Of a stretch of DNA of 35,210 nt, positions 1-10,986 are shown one piece after another (the stretch's first letter is position 1; each line of letters opens with the position of its first letter). This DNA is from Octopus bimaculoides (taxonomy: Eukaryota), in the NCBI RefSeq assembly GCF_001194135.2, contig NC_068986.1:42827235-42862444 (forward strand), read 5' to 3'. Under the pieces are notes generated by a model that saw nothing but the letters and a program-made list of their open reading frames with translations, was not told the DNA's origin and ran no database searches. The translations under genes were made by a program, and so were the position numbers.

Positions 1-69
1 TATATATATATATATATATATGTATATATAAATGTGTATATATATGTATATATATATGTATACATATAT

Positions 70-105
<36 letters not shown>
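1..105. repeat. (TA)n microsatellite, interrupted
   Basis: Direct reading. Confidence 0.95.
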
Positions 106-106
<1 letters not shown>

Positions 107-109
107 TCC

Positions 110-2160
110 TTCGTCACGGAAAACCTAAAATCGTAAGAAATATTTGAAATATTTCTTTATTCGTTGTACTTTTACGCTACACACAAAATAGGCGTTCCAA
201 GCATTTTCAATGTAATAAGCTATTGATTTCTGAAAGTTTCGAATTGTTGTAAGTAATGCAAATCAGTTTACCAGAGAAATAAAAGGAGCAAATACTTAGA
301 AATTAAACTTCATAGATGAAAAACAAAAATTATGCCCATATTGAAAGCAACCGCAACCAACTTAAAGTGTATGCGAGGCAGAACAAAGAAATAATGGTCA
401 AGCTAACTACAACAAAAAGTGTTGGTGCATACAAACGATAACATAGTTGAATATGACGGATTTCAGTGACTGAAATGTTCATTATGTTCAAAGAATAAAA
501 TCAAAAATAATATATAGTTCGTTCTTAACAAAAGTGTATATTGCCACATGAAATGTGCAGAAAGAAAATTTGATAATATCCAATAGCGAATTCATTTTCT
601 AATTGTAGAAACTGGACAATTTCTCTCGCTGTTTGATCTGTTTTCATTGCTCAACATTTGAAAAGATTCAACGCTTGGCATGATTGTTATATCTGAAACC
701 TGATTAGTAGATGTAGCTGAAGTAGCAGAAACTCAGTGTCAATTATTCTGGAAATGCGTTTTGATGAAATGGAATTTGCTGTACAATCGAAGTTTGTGGA
801 ATTCCAGAACCTGATACCCAGTCATATCAACTGCAGTATCGTCACATCAAGAATACCTCATCTCCTTACAACAGTAATAACGAATTCCTTTTTATGGAGG
901 TCTTCAACATCCGAATATGTAGAGACTTCAATATACGAAAGGAAGGAATCATCGGAAAGCAAAGAAAAGAAAAATGCTGGTTCAACGTAAACTTTTTAAT
1001 TTTGGCTTAAGTATTGAACATAATTTACCAATCATTTGCAGACTGAAGTTTAAATACCACAAAGAAAATGTATCGCTGATTACATCACTGACATCCAACC
1101 GACTACATCTTTGTGTGAAGAAGCAAAGATGAAGTAGTGATAGCCGATGGCGTGTATGGAACTGACCATTCGCGTATAACGTCGACCGTTCAAATGAGAT
1201 TTAAACGTAAACTAAGAAGGCAAATGAAAAACGTGTTATTGCAGACGATAATGCCCAACAATTGAAGGATCCTGTAGAATTATTCGACAAAAGATTCCTC
1301 AAATAGTTCAACAAACGTTAGAGAATTCTATCTCGAAACCATCCTATTTGGAACTCCAATAACCTTCATTACTTTCTGCTGTTGAATCAGAATTGAGAAC
1401 TTTAAGCCGCAAACATCACGATGGGTTTGATGGGAACAACGCGAAAATATGCAAGTTTATCTGACGAAATTGCAAAACTTAATCGAGAAAATAACCCACA
1501 ATACAAGACAAGGTAGACAACATTTGATGTCCTCAGGGTTGATGTTCAAACATGAATTTGTAGAATTCGAAACGACTGGTAGCGAGCCAATAACAATGAA
1601 ACCCAAGGCTATACTAACCAACATCATGAATGCTGGTGCTACTCCATCAATGGGGTAGCACCAATCAAAGCTGAAGTTATCAATATTTTGGTAAGTGATA
1701 AAGCAACCTGAAATGGTTGAATTGAAATATTGAAAAAACATATTGAACAGACAAACTGTTTTTGGTTACTATCATGTCGATTTTTAGCACTTTCAAACTT
1801 CCAGATGCATGGTTATAAAGCTTCTGATTTTAATTCTATTCTTCCTGAATAGTACGAACAAGATTCTCGGAATATGGGAACGAAAATTTGTCCCTTGCTA
1901 AATTGACCATCTTCAGGTAAGGTCTTGCTTTGAATTTTACTGATCAGCACAACCAATTATTTGAGAAAAGCTAATCGAATCCCAACTTCGAGTAAAGTGA
2001 AGAAATAAGAGAAAGCGAATTTTTTATCGATTAAAGCTAGTTAAAGCTTTGGACAAACTTCTGAGACCCAGCACTATAGAGAGTCCTTAAGAAATATGAA
2101 TATCCAAACCACTTAAACCAAATGAATCAATTCATTCGTAGAAGTATGTAAGGTCGAGTA
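110..2160 (+). mobile_element. Degenerate coding-like repeat remnant of unidentified class
   Basis: Complex sequence with stop-interrupted + strand reading (e.g. GTTRKYASLSDEIAKLNRENNPQYK...HIEQTNCFWLLSCRFLALSNFQMHGYKASDFNSILPE). Part of it is duplicated at 5769-5958. No diagnostic motif recognised; boundaries approximate. Confidence 0.3.
1421..1610 (+). repeat. Arm 1 of 190-bp inverted duplication
   Basis: Reverse complement of 5769-5958. I saw one mismatch, and the ORF track gives the same peptide at 1449+ and 5930-. Confidence 0.95.
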
Positions 2161-2349
2161 TTATATCAAAGTGAACTTCCTTCCGGGCGTTAAACATTCT
2201 TCCTGATGTTTTACATTTGCATGATTATTGTGCTGAAGAAAATCAACCGAGAATGCGAACATGGAGCAACCATTCAATAAAGATACAAGGGAAACTTTTC
2301 GATTTAAGATGATTAAATCGGAAAAACCTACAAATAAAGGAGGGCTCAT

Positions 2350-2650
2350 GTATGTAGTGTGTGTGTGTGCTTGCTGCTGCTGTGTGTACGCGTATGTATG
2401 CGTGTGTTCGAGTGCATGAGCATGTGTGAACGTGTGTAGGTATTTGAATGTATGTATGAAAAATTCCGTACGTGTTTGTTTCTGTACGTTCATCATTATA
2501 TGTGTAAGCGATACAAAAAGTGTGTGGGTGTTTGTGTGGGTGTGTGAGCGTGTATTTATGCATGTATATATGTATATGTACGAACGTGTATATGTATGTG
2601 TGACTGAATGTGAGGCGTTTGTTGGATGTGTGTGTATATGTGTGTATGTT
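2350..2650. repeat. Degenerate (GT)n/(GTAT)n low-complexity tract
   Basis: Direct reading. Confidence 0.9.
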
Positions 2651-2703
2651 GTGGAAGAAATTACAAGGAAGTGGATGGTGATTTGAGATTTAGGACTGAA
2701 GGG

Positions 2704-2787
2704 GTGTGATTCGAAGAGAAAAGATGGTATGACGTGTGATTCGAAGAGAAAAGATGATATGTTGTGTGATTCAAAGAGAAAAGATGA
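2704..2787. repeat. 30-bp minisatellite, about 2.8 units (GTGTGATTCRAAGAGAAAAGATG core)
   Basis: Units start at 2704, 2734 and 2764. Confidence 0.9.
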
Positions 2788-4333
2788 ATCGCTTTCCTCG
2801 TTCAAGGCCAAGTCAAACACTGTGAGATGTTGGATAGAGTGGTCCGGTCCACTGAGCAAAATTGACGAGAACAAGGATTTTGCTCCGGAGGCTGATGTCA
2901 CGTAGTTGATCGGCGAATCGGTTGGCTAAACGACAACTGTTATACCAATATACAAGACCACACAGAGAAAGCATCTTATGGAGTAAATGACGCTGGCGGA
3001 GGTGCAGATGAAAAAGTTAGAGATAAATATTTTGCGATGGTTGAGTCCTTTGAAGGAAGTGTACGGTTGCGCTTGCGTGCATGTATGTACTTTTATATAT
3101 ACCGAGAAGAATAGAGACAAAGAGGGGAACTTCCGGTATATCACTCGCCGCGCAATTTCTCATGGCATTTTTAATGGTAAAACTCTCAAATCAATATATT
3201 CCTATATCGACAACTATTCTTATTTCTCTCATCGCTCTTATTCCTCCTAAAGTAATTCCTACTTCGACATTTATATCGCATTTACATTACGAATCCCTGA
3301 AAGACTTACTATTTCTAGGATGTAATGCAACACGGAGATATCTCTATCTACAAATACCATAGTCGTGCAGAAAAGGATATCATTTAATTTAGAAATCAAA
3401 ATGAAAGAGGAGGAAAAGTAAATGTTATCGGATGTGGTTTGTAGTTGTCTCATTCAGCTATCCCCGCTGTTATTTAAGATAAGAAAACCTGCATTTTTTT
3501 GCTATTATCACCATGCGTTTAGCGATAATAGCTAAGAAATGACAAGAATCTATCGATGAACTGGAGAAATTATTAACGCTTCGAAAGGAAAACCGGATAC
3601 AAAAACGTGTACGTCAACTAACATTGCAAAATAAGGCTGTAGAATTATTTTTCGCCGCCCAGAAATCCATGGTTTAATCGTTTTAGAGAGAGAAAGGGAG
3701 GGGGAGAGAAGCAGTAATTACCGATATATTGGTTGTTGAATATGTTAGTTGCATTTCGAGTAGACAAAGAATTCCAGCGATTGTTTTAAGGATTTTAAAA
3801 TAAAATTTAGAGAAAAGAACTTGAAAAATCAAGGCTGTTTGTTCCGAGTTTTTACAGATGTATCAATCTTGTCGAATACTCTTATTTCAATAGTTTTTCG
3901 GTAAAATGCTAAAATATAAGTAGCCGAGGAAAGTCAAGGTTTTTTTTTTAAAGATTTCAATGCAAAATTTGCATAGGGTTAAATGCGAATTCAGATAACA
4001 TTTTTTTTTTAAACACATGAACAAAATTGAATACATACATATAGAATATACTGCTGAAGAAATTGATAACAAATGGAATTCTTATCAGAGTATGAAGAGT
4101 AAGGTTCTTTTTAAATGCGGCTCTTTATATTCTGGTAGAATCCAGAAGCTACTTAAACAGAGTAATTGTTAAGTTTGATTCTATGACTTGAGTGGTTCAA
4201 ATCAGCGTGATTGGTATTTCTTTTTTTTTTTAGTCAACTTCAATCCCTGGAGTACACTAATCTATTTCCCACATGAAATCTCATTCTGTCGCTAGTGAAA
4301 AAAGAAAAAAAAACTGTTAACTTCTTTCCTCAG

Positions 4334-4362
4334 TGTGTTTGTAGTCAGTTACTGCAATAAAG
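4334..4362 (+). other. Candidate 29-nt non-coding (5' UTR) microexon of contactin
   Basis: ttaacttctttcctcag|TGTG...AAAG|gtaagc; consensus splice signals only, no transcript support. Confidence 0.3.
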
Positions 4363-4431
4363 GTAAGCAAAGGAGCTTGTGTAATTTTAATAAATGGTCC
4401 ATGCTAAACAGTACGAGCACTTTGAATTCCA

Positions 4432-4449
4432 TCAACACACACACACACG

Positions 4450-4511
<62 letters not shown>

Positions 4512-4515
4512 CATA
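4432..4515. repeat. (CA)n/(TA)n microsatellite abutting an assembly gap
   Basis: Direct reading. Confidence 0.95.
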
Positions 4516-5073
4516 NNNNNNNNNNNNNNNNNNNNNNNNNNNNNNNNNNNNNNNNNNNNNNNNNNNNNNNNNNNNNNNNNNNNNNNNNNNNNNNNNNNNN
4601 NNNNNNNNNNNNNNNNNNNNNNNNNNNNNNNNNNNNNNNNNNNNNNNNNNNNNNNNNNNNNNNNNNNNNNNNNNNNNNNNNNNNNNNNNNNNNNNNNNNN
4701 NNNNNNNNNNNNNNNNNNNNNNNNNNNNNNNNNNNNNNNNNNNNNNNNNNNNNNNNNNNNNNNNNNNNNNNNNNNNNNNNNNNNNNNNNNNNNNNNNNNN
4801 NNNNNNNNNNNNNNNNNNNNNNNNNNNNNNNNNNNNNNNNNNNNNNNNNNNNNNNNNNNNNNNNNNNNNNNNNNNNNNNNNNNNNNNNNNNNNNNNNNNN
4901 NNNNNNNNNNNNNNNNNNNNNNNNNNNNNNNNNNNNNNNNNNNNNNNNNNNNNNNNNNNNNNNNNNNNNNNNNNNNNNNNNNNNNNNNNNNNNNNNNNNN
5001 NNNNNNNNNNNNNNNNNNNNNNNNNNNNNNNNNNNNNNNNNNNNNNNNNNNNNNNNNNNNNNNNNNNNNNNNN

Positions 5074-5114
5074 GTGGTGCACCAGCATGACCGCAGCCAC
5101 TTGGCTGAAACACA

Positions 5115-5145
<31 letters not shown>

Positions 5146-5245
5146 ATACAAATATACATACATACATACATACATACATACATGCATACATACACATACA
5201 TTAATAGATAGATAGATAGATAGATACATACATACATACATACTC
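5074..5245 (+). mobile_element. 3' tail of SINE family A followed by (TAAA)n/(TACA)n/(TAGA)n
   Basis: gtggtgcaccagcatgaccgcagccacttggctgaaac matches the tail at 7439-7476. Confidence 0.65.
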
Positions 5246-5683
5246 TTATCAGACGGGTAGTCATGATGGGTATAATGGGCTTCGTATATTTTACCCCAGT
5301 GTCACTTTGATGGCTTGCACTGATCTCTCATACATACATACATGCTGAAGGAAATTGCTTCAGCTTGTTTTTTGGTCCAAGGTCTCTTGAAATCATGTAG
5401 ATAATTTTCAAGTAAAGATTTTCCTGATATAAGACATTTTGTTTTCAGGAATAATGTACCCCAAGCAATATCAGATACTTACATAATTTTTCTTACAAGA
5501 TGAAGATTTAATCTTTAGTTTTAGAGTTCATTGTCCGCGTAAAAAAGATAATTCGTGTGTGTTGTTTTACTCTCTCTTTGAATCTATTAGTAAATTTCTT
5601 ATTTGCCCCAATAAGAATTACTTCAGCTTTGTTCTTATTTTATTCTATTTATGTTTTGTTTTGTACAGATATCAAGAATAAGA

Positions 5684-5765
5684 ATGTGGCGCCTAATAAT
5701 AATGATTGAATTAATCATATTATCGTGTTCTTTCTTGTCACTGGTGAACGGAAAATTAATTTACG
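5684..5765 (+). CDS. Cont: Contactin coding exon 1 (signal peptide); exon starts at 5669 with 15 nt of 5' UTR
   Basis: Acceptor ttttgttttgtacag|5669, ATG at 5684, hydrophobic MWRLIIMIELIILSCSFLSLVNG-KLIY, donor TACG|gtaag (phase 1). Confidence 0.8.
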
Positions 5766-6575
5766 GTAAGCCTTGGGTTTCATTGTTATTGGCTCGCTAC
5801 CAGTCGTTTCGAATTCTACAAATTCATGTTTGAACATCAACCCTGAGGACATCAAATGTTGTCTTCCTTGTCTTGTATTGTGGGTTATTTTCTCGATTAA
5901 GTTTTGCAATTTCGTCAGATAAACTTGCATATTTTCGCGTTGTTCCCATCAAACCCATACAATGATACCAGTTTTGCAATATTATAAAAAAACAAATATA
6001 TCAAGCAAAAAAGTTAAGAACCCCTTTGGTCACGAATGACCATAGAATTGCACGTAGAATCTTCCTCTCCGACGCACAAGTCCGGGCAAGGTTATTTTCG
6101 GAAGACTGGCAGAACCTCGGGAGTAGCAATTATCCAATCGAGGGGTAATCTGCTAGTTACTCGTCGAGCCAAAGATACCTTAACCAAATGATGTTTACAT
6201 TGTCGTGAAGGGAGCTTGTGTTTCCTTGAAAAACTGGAAAAAGAATGAGAAAACAAAAAAAAAGTGTGGGGTGGTAGAGAATTAGACTTATTTCCCCTTT
6301 GACCGAATATCTATATGTATGAAAACCTGTACGCTTCGAGGGCGTAAAGTAACGAACACTAGATCACAAACGGTGGTGGAATCCCCATAGATCTATTTAT
6401 CTATCAATCTATATCTGTATCTGTGGCTGTGTAGTAAGTAGCTTGCCTACAAACCACATGGTCATGGGTTCAGTCCCACTACATGGTACCTTGGGCAAGT
6501 GTCTTCAACTGTAGCCTCAGGCCGACCAAAGCCTTGTGAGTGGATCTGGTAGGTGGAAACTGAAAGAAGCCCGTC

Positions 6576-6619
<44 letters not shown>

Positions 6620-8791
6620 NNNNNNNNNNNNNNNNNNNNNNNNNNNNNNNNNNNNNNNNNNNNNNNNNNNNNNNNNNNNNNNNNNNNNNNNNNNNNNNNN
6701 NNNNNNNNNNNNNNNNNNNNNNNNNNNNNNNNNNNNNNNNNNNNNNNNNNNNNNNNNNNNNNNNNNNNNNNNNNNNNNNNNNNNNNNNNNNNNNNNNNNN
6801 NNNNNNNNNNNNNNNNNNNNNNNNNNNNNNNNNNNNNNNNNNNNNNNNNNNNNNNNNNNNNNNNNNNNNNNNNNNNNNNNNNNNNNNNNNNNNNNNNNNN
6901 NNNNNNNNNNNNNNNNNNNNNNNNNNNNNNNNNNNNNNNNNNNNNNNNNNNNNNNNNNNNNNNNNNTATATTGAACACTCAATATTTCATTTATTCAATA
7001 AGACATATTCCATATATTCAATAAGACATTCAATACTTTATTTCATAGTAGCATCCATTTTTATTTTATATTATATATTGTATATTATATTATATATTGT
7101 ATATTCCATATTCTATATCCCACATTGGTTTTGCAGGAATATAAATAAAACATAAAAAACAGACAGTGTTGGAACTTTTTTAAACAAAATTATATATATA
7201 TATATTTGTGTGTGTGTGTGTGTGCGTGTGTGTGTGACTGTGTGTATGTGTGTGTGTGTGTGTGTCTGTATGTGTGTGTGCGTGCATGTATGTGTGTTTT
7301 TGTCCCACCTCTACATCTCTTGACAACCGGTACTGGTGTGTTTACGTCACCGTAACTTGGCGTTTCGGCCAAAAGACCGATAGAATGAGTACTAGGCTTA
7401 CAAAGAATAAGTCCTGGGGTCAATTTGCTCGACAAAAGGCGGTGCTCCAGTATGACCGCAGTCAAACGACTGAAACAGATAAAAGAATATATATCCAGAA
7501 TTAGGGAATGGAGTTTCATAGCTAGCAGAACCTTGGGAGTAGCAATTATGTTAACTCACAGGAGACTCGATCGAATCTCCTACTTGTTAACACGGGATCC
7601 TTTGACGACAATGTAAACTTCATTTGGTTAAGGTATCTTTGGCTTGACGAGTAGCTAGTGGATTACTCCTTATTTGGATAATTACTACTTCTGAGATTCT
7701 GCTAGCTTTGAAGCATATGTAGCCTGGATTTTATCTACTCCATTCCTTAAATTTGGATTTTTATTCGTATACACAGCAACCTCAGCTGTTAACCGTAAAC
7801 TGTAAAATAACTTTTTTCAGCTTATCGGATTTCGATATGGGGAAAAATTTTCAACTTTCTGCGTCAAGAAACAACTATTGTTCCTGAAAGTTGTTTTTTA
7901 TACTTTCTTTGGACTGCTCGAAGCTTACTGACTTCCTAGACCTTGATTCTCGGCTCTTTACGTTATACACTTTACAAACACACACACACGCACGCACGCA
8001 TATATATAGTTTATTGCACTATAGTTTATGCACTATAGTTTATGAGCTATGAATAGTTTCATGCGATAAAAACAACTCAGACACCATTTTATAACACGTT
8101 TGGTGCCTTCATGCAATCTTCAGGCTATGCTCACATGGCATATAAAAGCTAAAACAAGACGATAGAGTATATATAACTTTCTGAATAATACGAACTTCAA
8201 GGCACGAAGAAATTCAGAGTTGTCAGGGCTAACATGATGACCGTCATCAATATCATGGTCAACATCATGATTTTCATCATCACCACCATCATCAGGATGA
8301 TCATAAATGTCAAAACCATAATTTTCATTATTATTATCTTCATCAGGTTGATCACCATCATCTACAGCAGCTGCATTGTGAATTTTCTGCATGTATTTTT
8401 ATAGATGTCTGCCGCCTGTCCTAGCAGTCCTCTTCATATTAATAAATTCCATTAAAAAGCACAGCAAATCTCCGGGAGAAGATTCACGTGGATTAAATCC
8501 TGAAGAAACACTATACTTGAGGGAAACTCCTGGAAGATGTTTAATAATCATAAATTGCTTACAGAACAAATGATACCTCGTTTGACAGTAGCTCTCTCCC
8601 TCACTACCCCTCTCTCCTTTTCTCTCTCTCCTTTTCTCTCTCTCCTTTCCTCTCTTTCACTGAAGCTCTCGTTTGTCGCAAATATGATTATAAAATATAC
8701 AACTGCAAAACAGATTTACATACACATAAGCGCGCACATTCATACGAACATACATACACACAATCATACATAGATGCATACATGCACACAC

Positions 8792-8831
<40 letters not shown>

Positions 8832-8872
8832 NNNNNNNNNNNNNNNNNNNNNNNNNNNNNNNNNNNNNNNNN

Positions 8873-8939
<67 letters not shown>

Positions 8940-10338
8940 TGTGTGTGTGTGTGTACTTATATATATGATTTTGGTATGAATGAAACAGTGCATTTTCGCA
9001 ATATACCCACACATGCACATTCTACACATATGCACTCCCGCACATAAACTTTATAGCATGAGTATTCCGCTCATATTAATCTTATTTATTGTCATCCATT
9101 TTAACAGATTGCCCTCTTGGATGGGAAACGTTTCAGAGCAGCTGTTATGAATTTAATTTCCTACCTTTAAAATCATTCGAGATGGCTGATTTATCATGTC
9201 AGGTATAATTTACTATTCGTTTTTATTATTAGGTTCTTGCTTTTAAATCTGTGAGTTTTTTTCTTCTTATTTCTCAAGATATACATTACGAAATGGTTGA
9301 ATGACAAATTAAATAAATAATATCTTTTTCTCATCGCAGAGAAAATATATTTAAAAAGAAGAGCGCCTTTTAGATTGTTAACTATATCATTAAGTAGAAG
9401 TAAGGATTACATAAATTAAGAGAAACGCAAAAAAGAAAAAAAGAAATATATAGAAATATTTCTACTTTAGTTTGCTTAGATTTATTTCAACACTTTGACA
9501 GAAGATATGAACCAATGAATTGCTCCATTTGCGAAAAGTTGTTTCCTTTTATCAAGAATAACTCTTCATTTTTAAAGGTTCCAACATGTTCCTGAAACTC
9601 GATCTGATAAATTTCTTTTCAACCACTTCCATTTCAATGTTCATTTTCAAATTAATAAAAAAAAACCCCACTTATAATGGGCATAATGTTTATCAGTGTG
9701 TAGAACTTCATAATTCATAGGAGCCAAACACAATTTCCCCTACTCATATATCTCATATTAGCATATCTTTTATATTTTATTTGTTTTAGTTAATAGACAA
9801 CGGCCATGCTGAGGCATCGCCCTGAAAAATTTTTAGTCGAATGTATCAACTACAATACTCATTTCTTAACCCACGGTACTTATTCTATCGGACCTTTTTG
9901 CCGAACTACTAAGTTACTGGGACATAAACCGTTCAACACCTGTTGTCAAGTACTGGGGAGGGGGGGCAAACACACACACACACATATGTACATACATATG
10001 TCTATGTATATATACGCCGGGTTTCTTTCAATTTCTGTCTATCAAAGCCACTGACAAAGCTTTGGTCGGCCCGAGGATATTATAGAAGATATTAGCCCAG
10101 GATGCTATGCAATGGGACTGGACTTGGAACCATGTGGTTGGGAAGGAAACACATAGCTATATCCGCGTCTTAAGTTCTTAAAAGAAACTTTAAGTTATGT
10201 TATTTTAATACTTGGACATTGTGTATCCTATATTCTGTCAATGTGATTTATATGCTAATACACTGATAATCTTTCGTAAATCATTTTCATCCCTTGGGAA
10301 TCGTAATTTAATAACACAAGATATTCTTCAGGCCAATT

Positions 10339-10369
<31 letters not shown>

Positions 10370-10934
10370 NNNNNNNNNNNNNNNNNNNNNNNNNNNNNNN
10401 NNNNNNNNNNNNNNNNNNNNNNNNNNNNNNNNNNNNNNNNNNNNNNNNNNNNNNNNNNNNNNNNNNNNNNNNNNNNNNNNNNNNNNNNNNNNNNNNNNNN
10501 NNNNNNNNNNNNNNNNNNNNNNNNNNNNNNNNNNNNNNNNNNNNNNNNNNNNNNNNNNNNNNNNNNNNNNNNNNNNNNNNNNNNNNNNNNNNNNNNNNNN
10601 NNNNNNNNNNNNNNNNNNNNNNNNNNNNNNNNNNNNNNNNNNNNNNNNNNNNNNNNNNNNNNNNNNNNNNNNNNNNNNNNNNNNNNNNNNNNNNNNNNNN
10701 NNNNNNNNNNNNNNNNNNNNNNNNNNNNNNNNNNNNNNNNNNNNNNNNNNNNNNNNNNNNNNNNNNNNNNNNNNNNNNNNNNNNNNNNNNNNNNNNNNNN
10801 NNNNNNNNNNNNNNNNNNNNNNNNNNNNNNNNNNNNNNNNNNNNNNNNNNNNNNNNNNNNNNNNNNNNNNNNNNNNNNNNNNNNNNNNNNNNNNNNNNNN
10901 NNNNNNNNNNNNNNNNNNNNNNNNNNNNNNNNNA

Positions 10935-10986
<52 letters not shown>

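Noticed and set aside
2704-2787. Possible CRISPR-like repeats
   Set aside because: Only about 7 variable bases between 23-bp cores, no cas genes, eukaryotic context
2161-2901. 246-aa minus-strand ORF
   Set aside because: Half is microsatellite and the rest is the 30-bp tandem repeat; no domain recognised
8120-8392. Asp/His/Asn-rich 90-aa ORF resembling a metal-binding peptide
   Set aside because: It is the reverse reading of a degenerate (ATC)n tract, with no splice or homology support
8495-8545. CTGAAGA…GAAAC spacing resembling a second hammerhead
   Set aside because: No convincing stem II or stem I pairing
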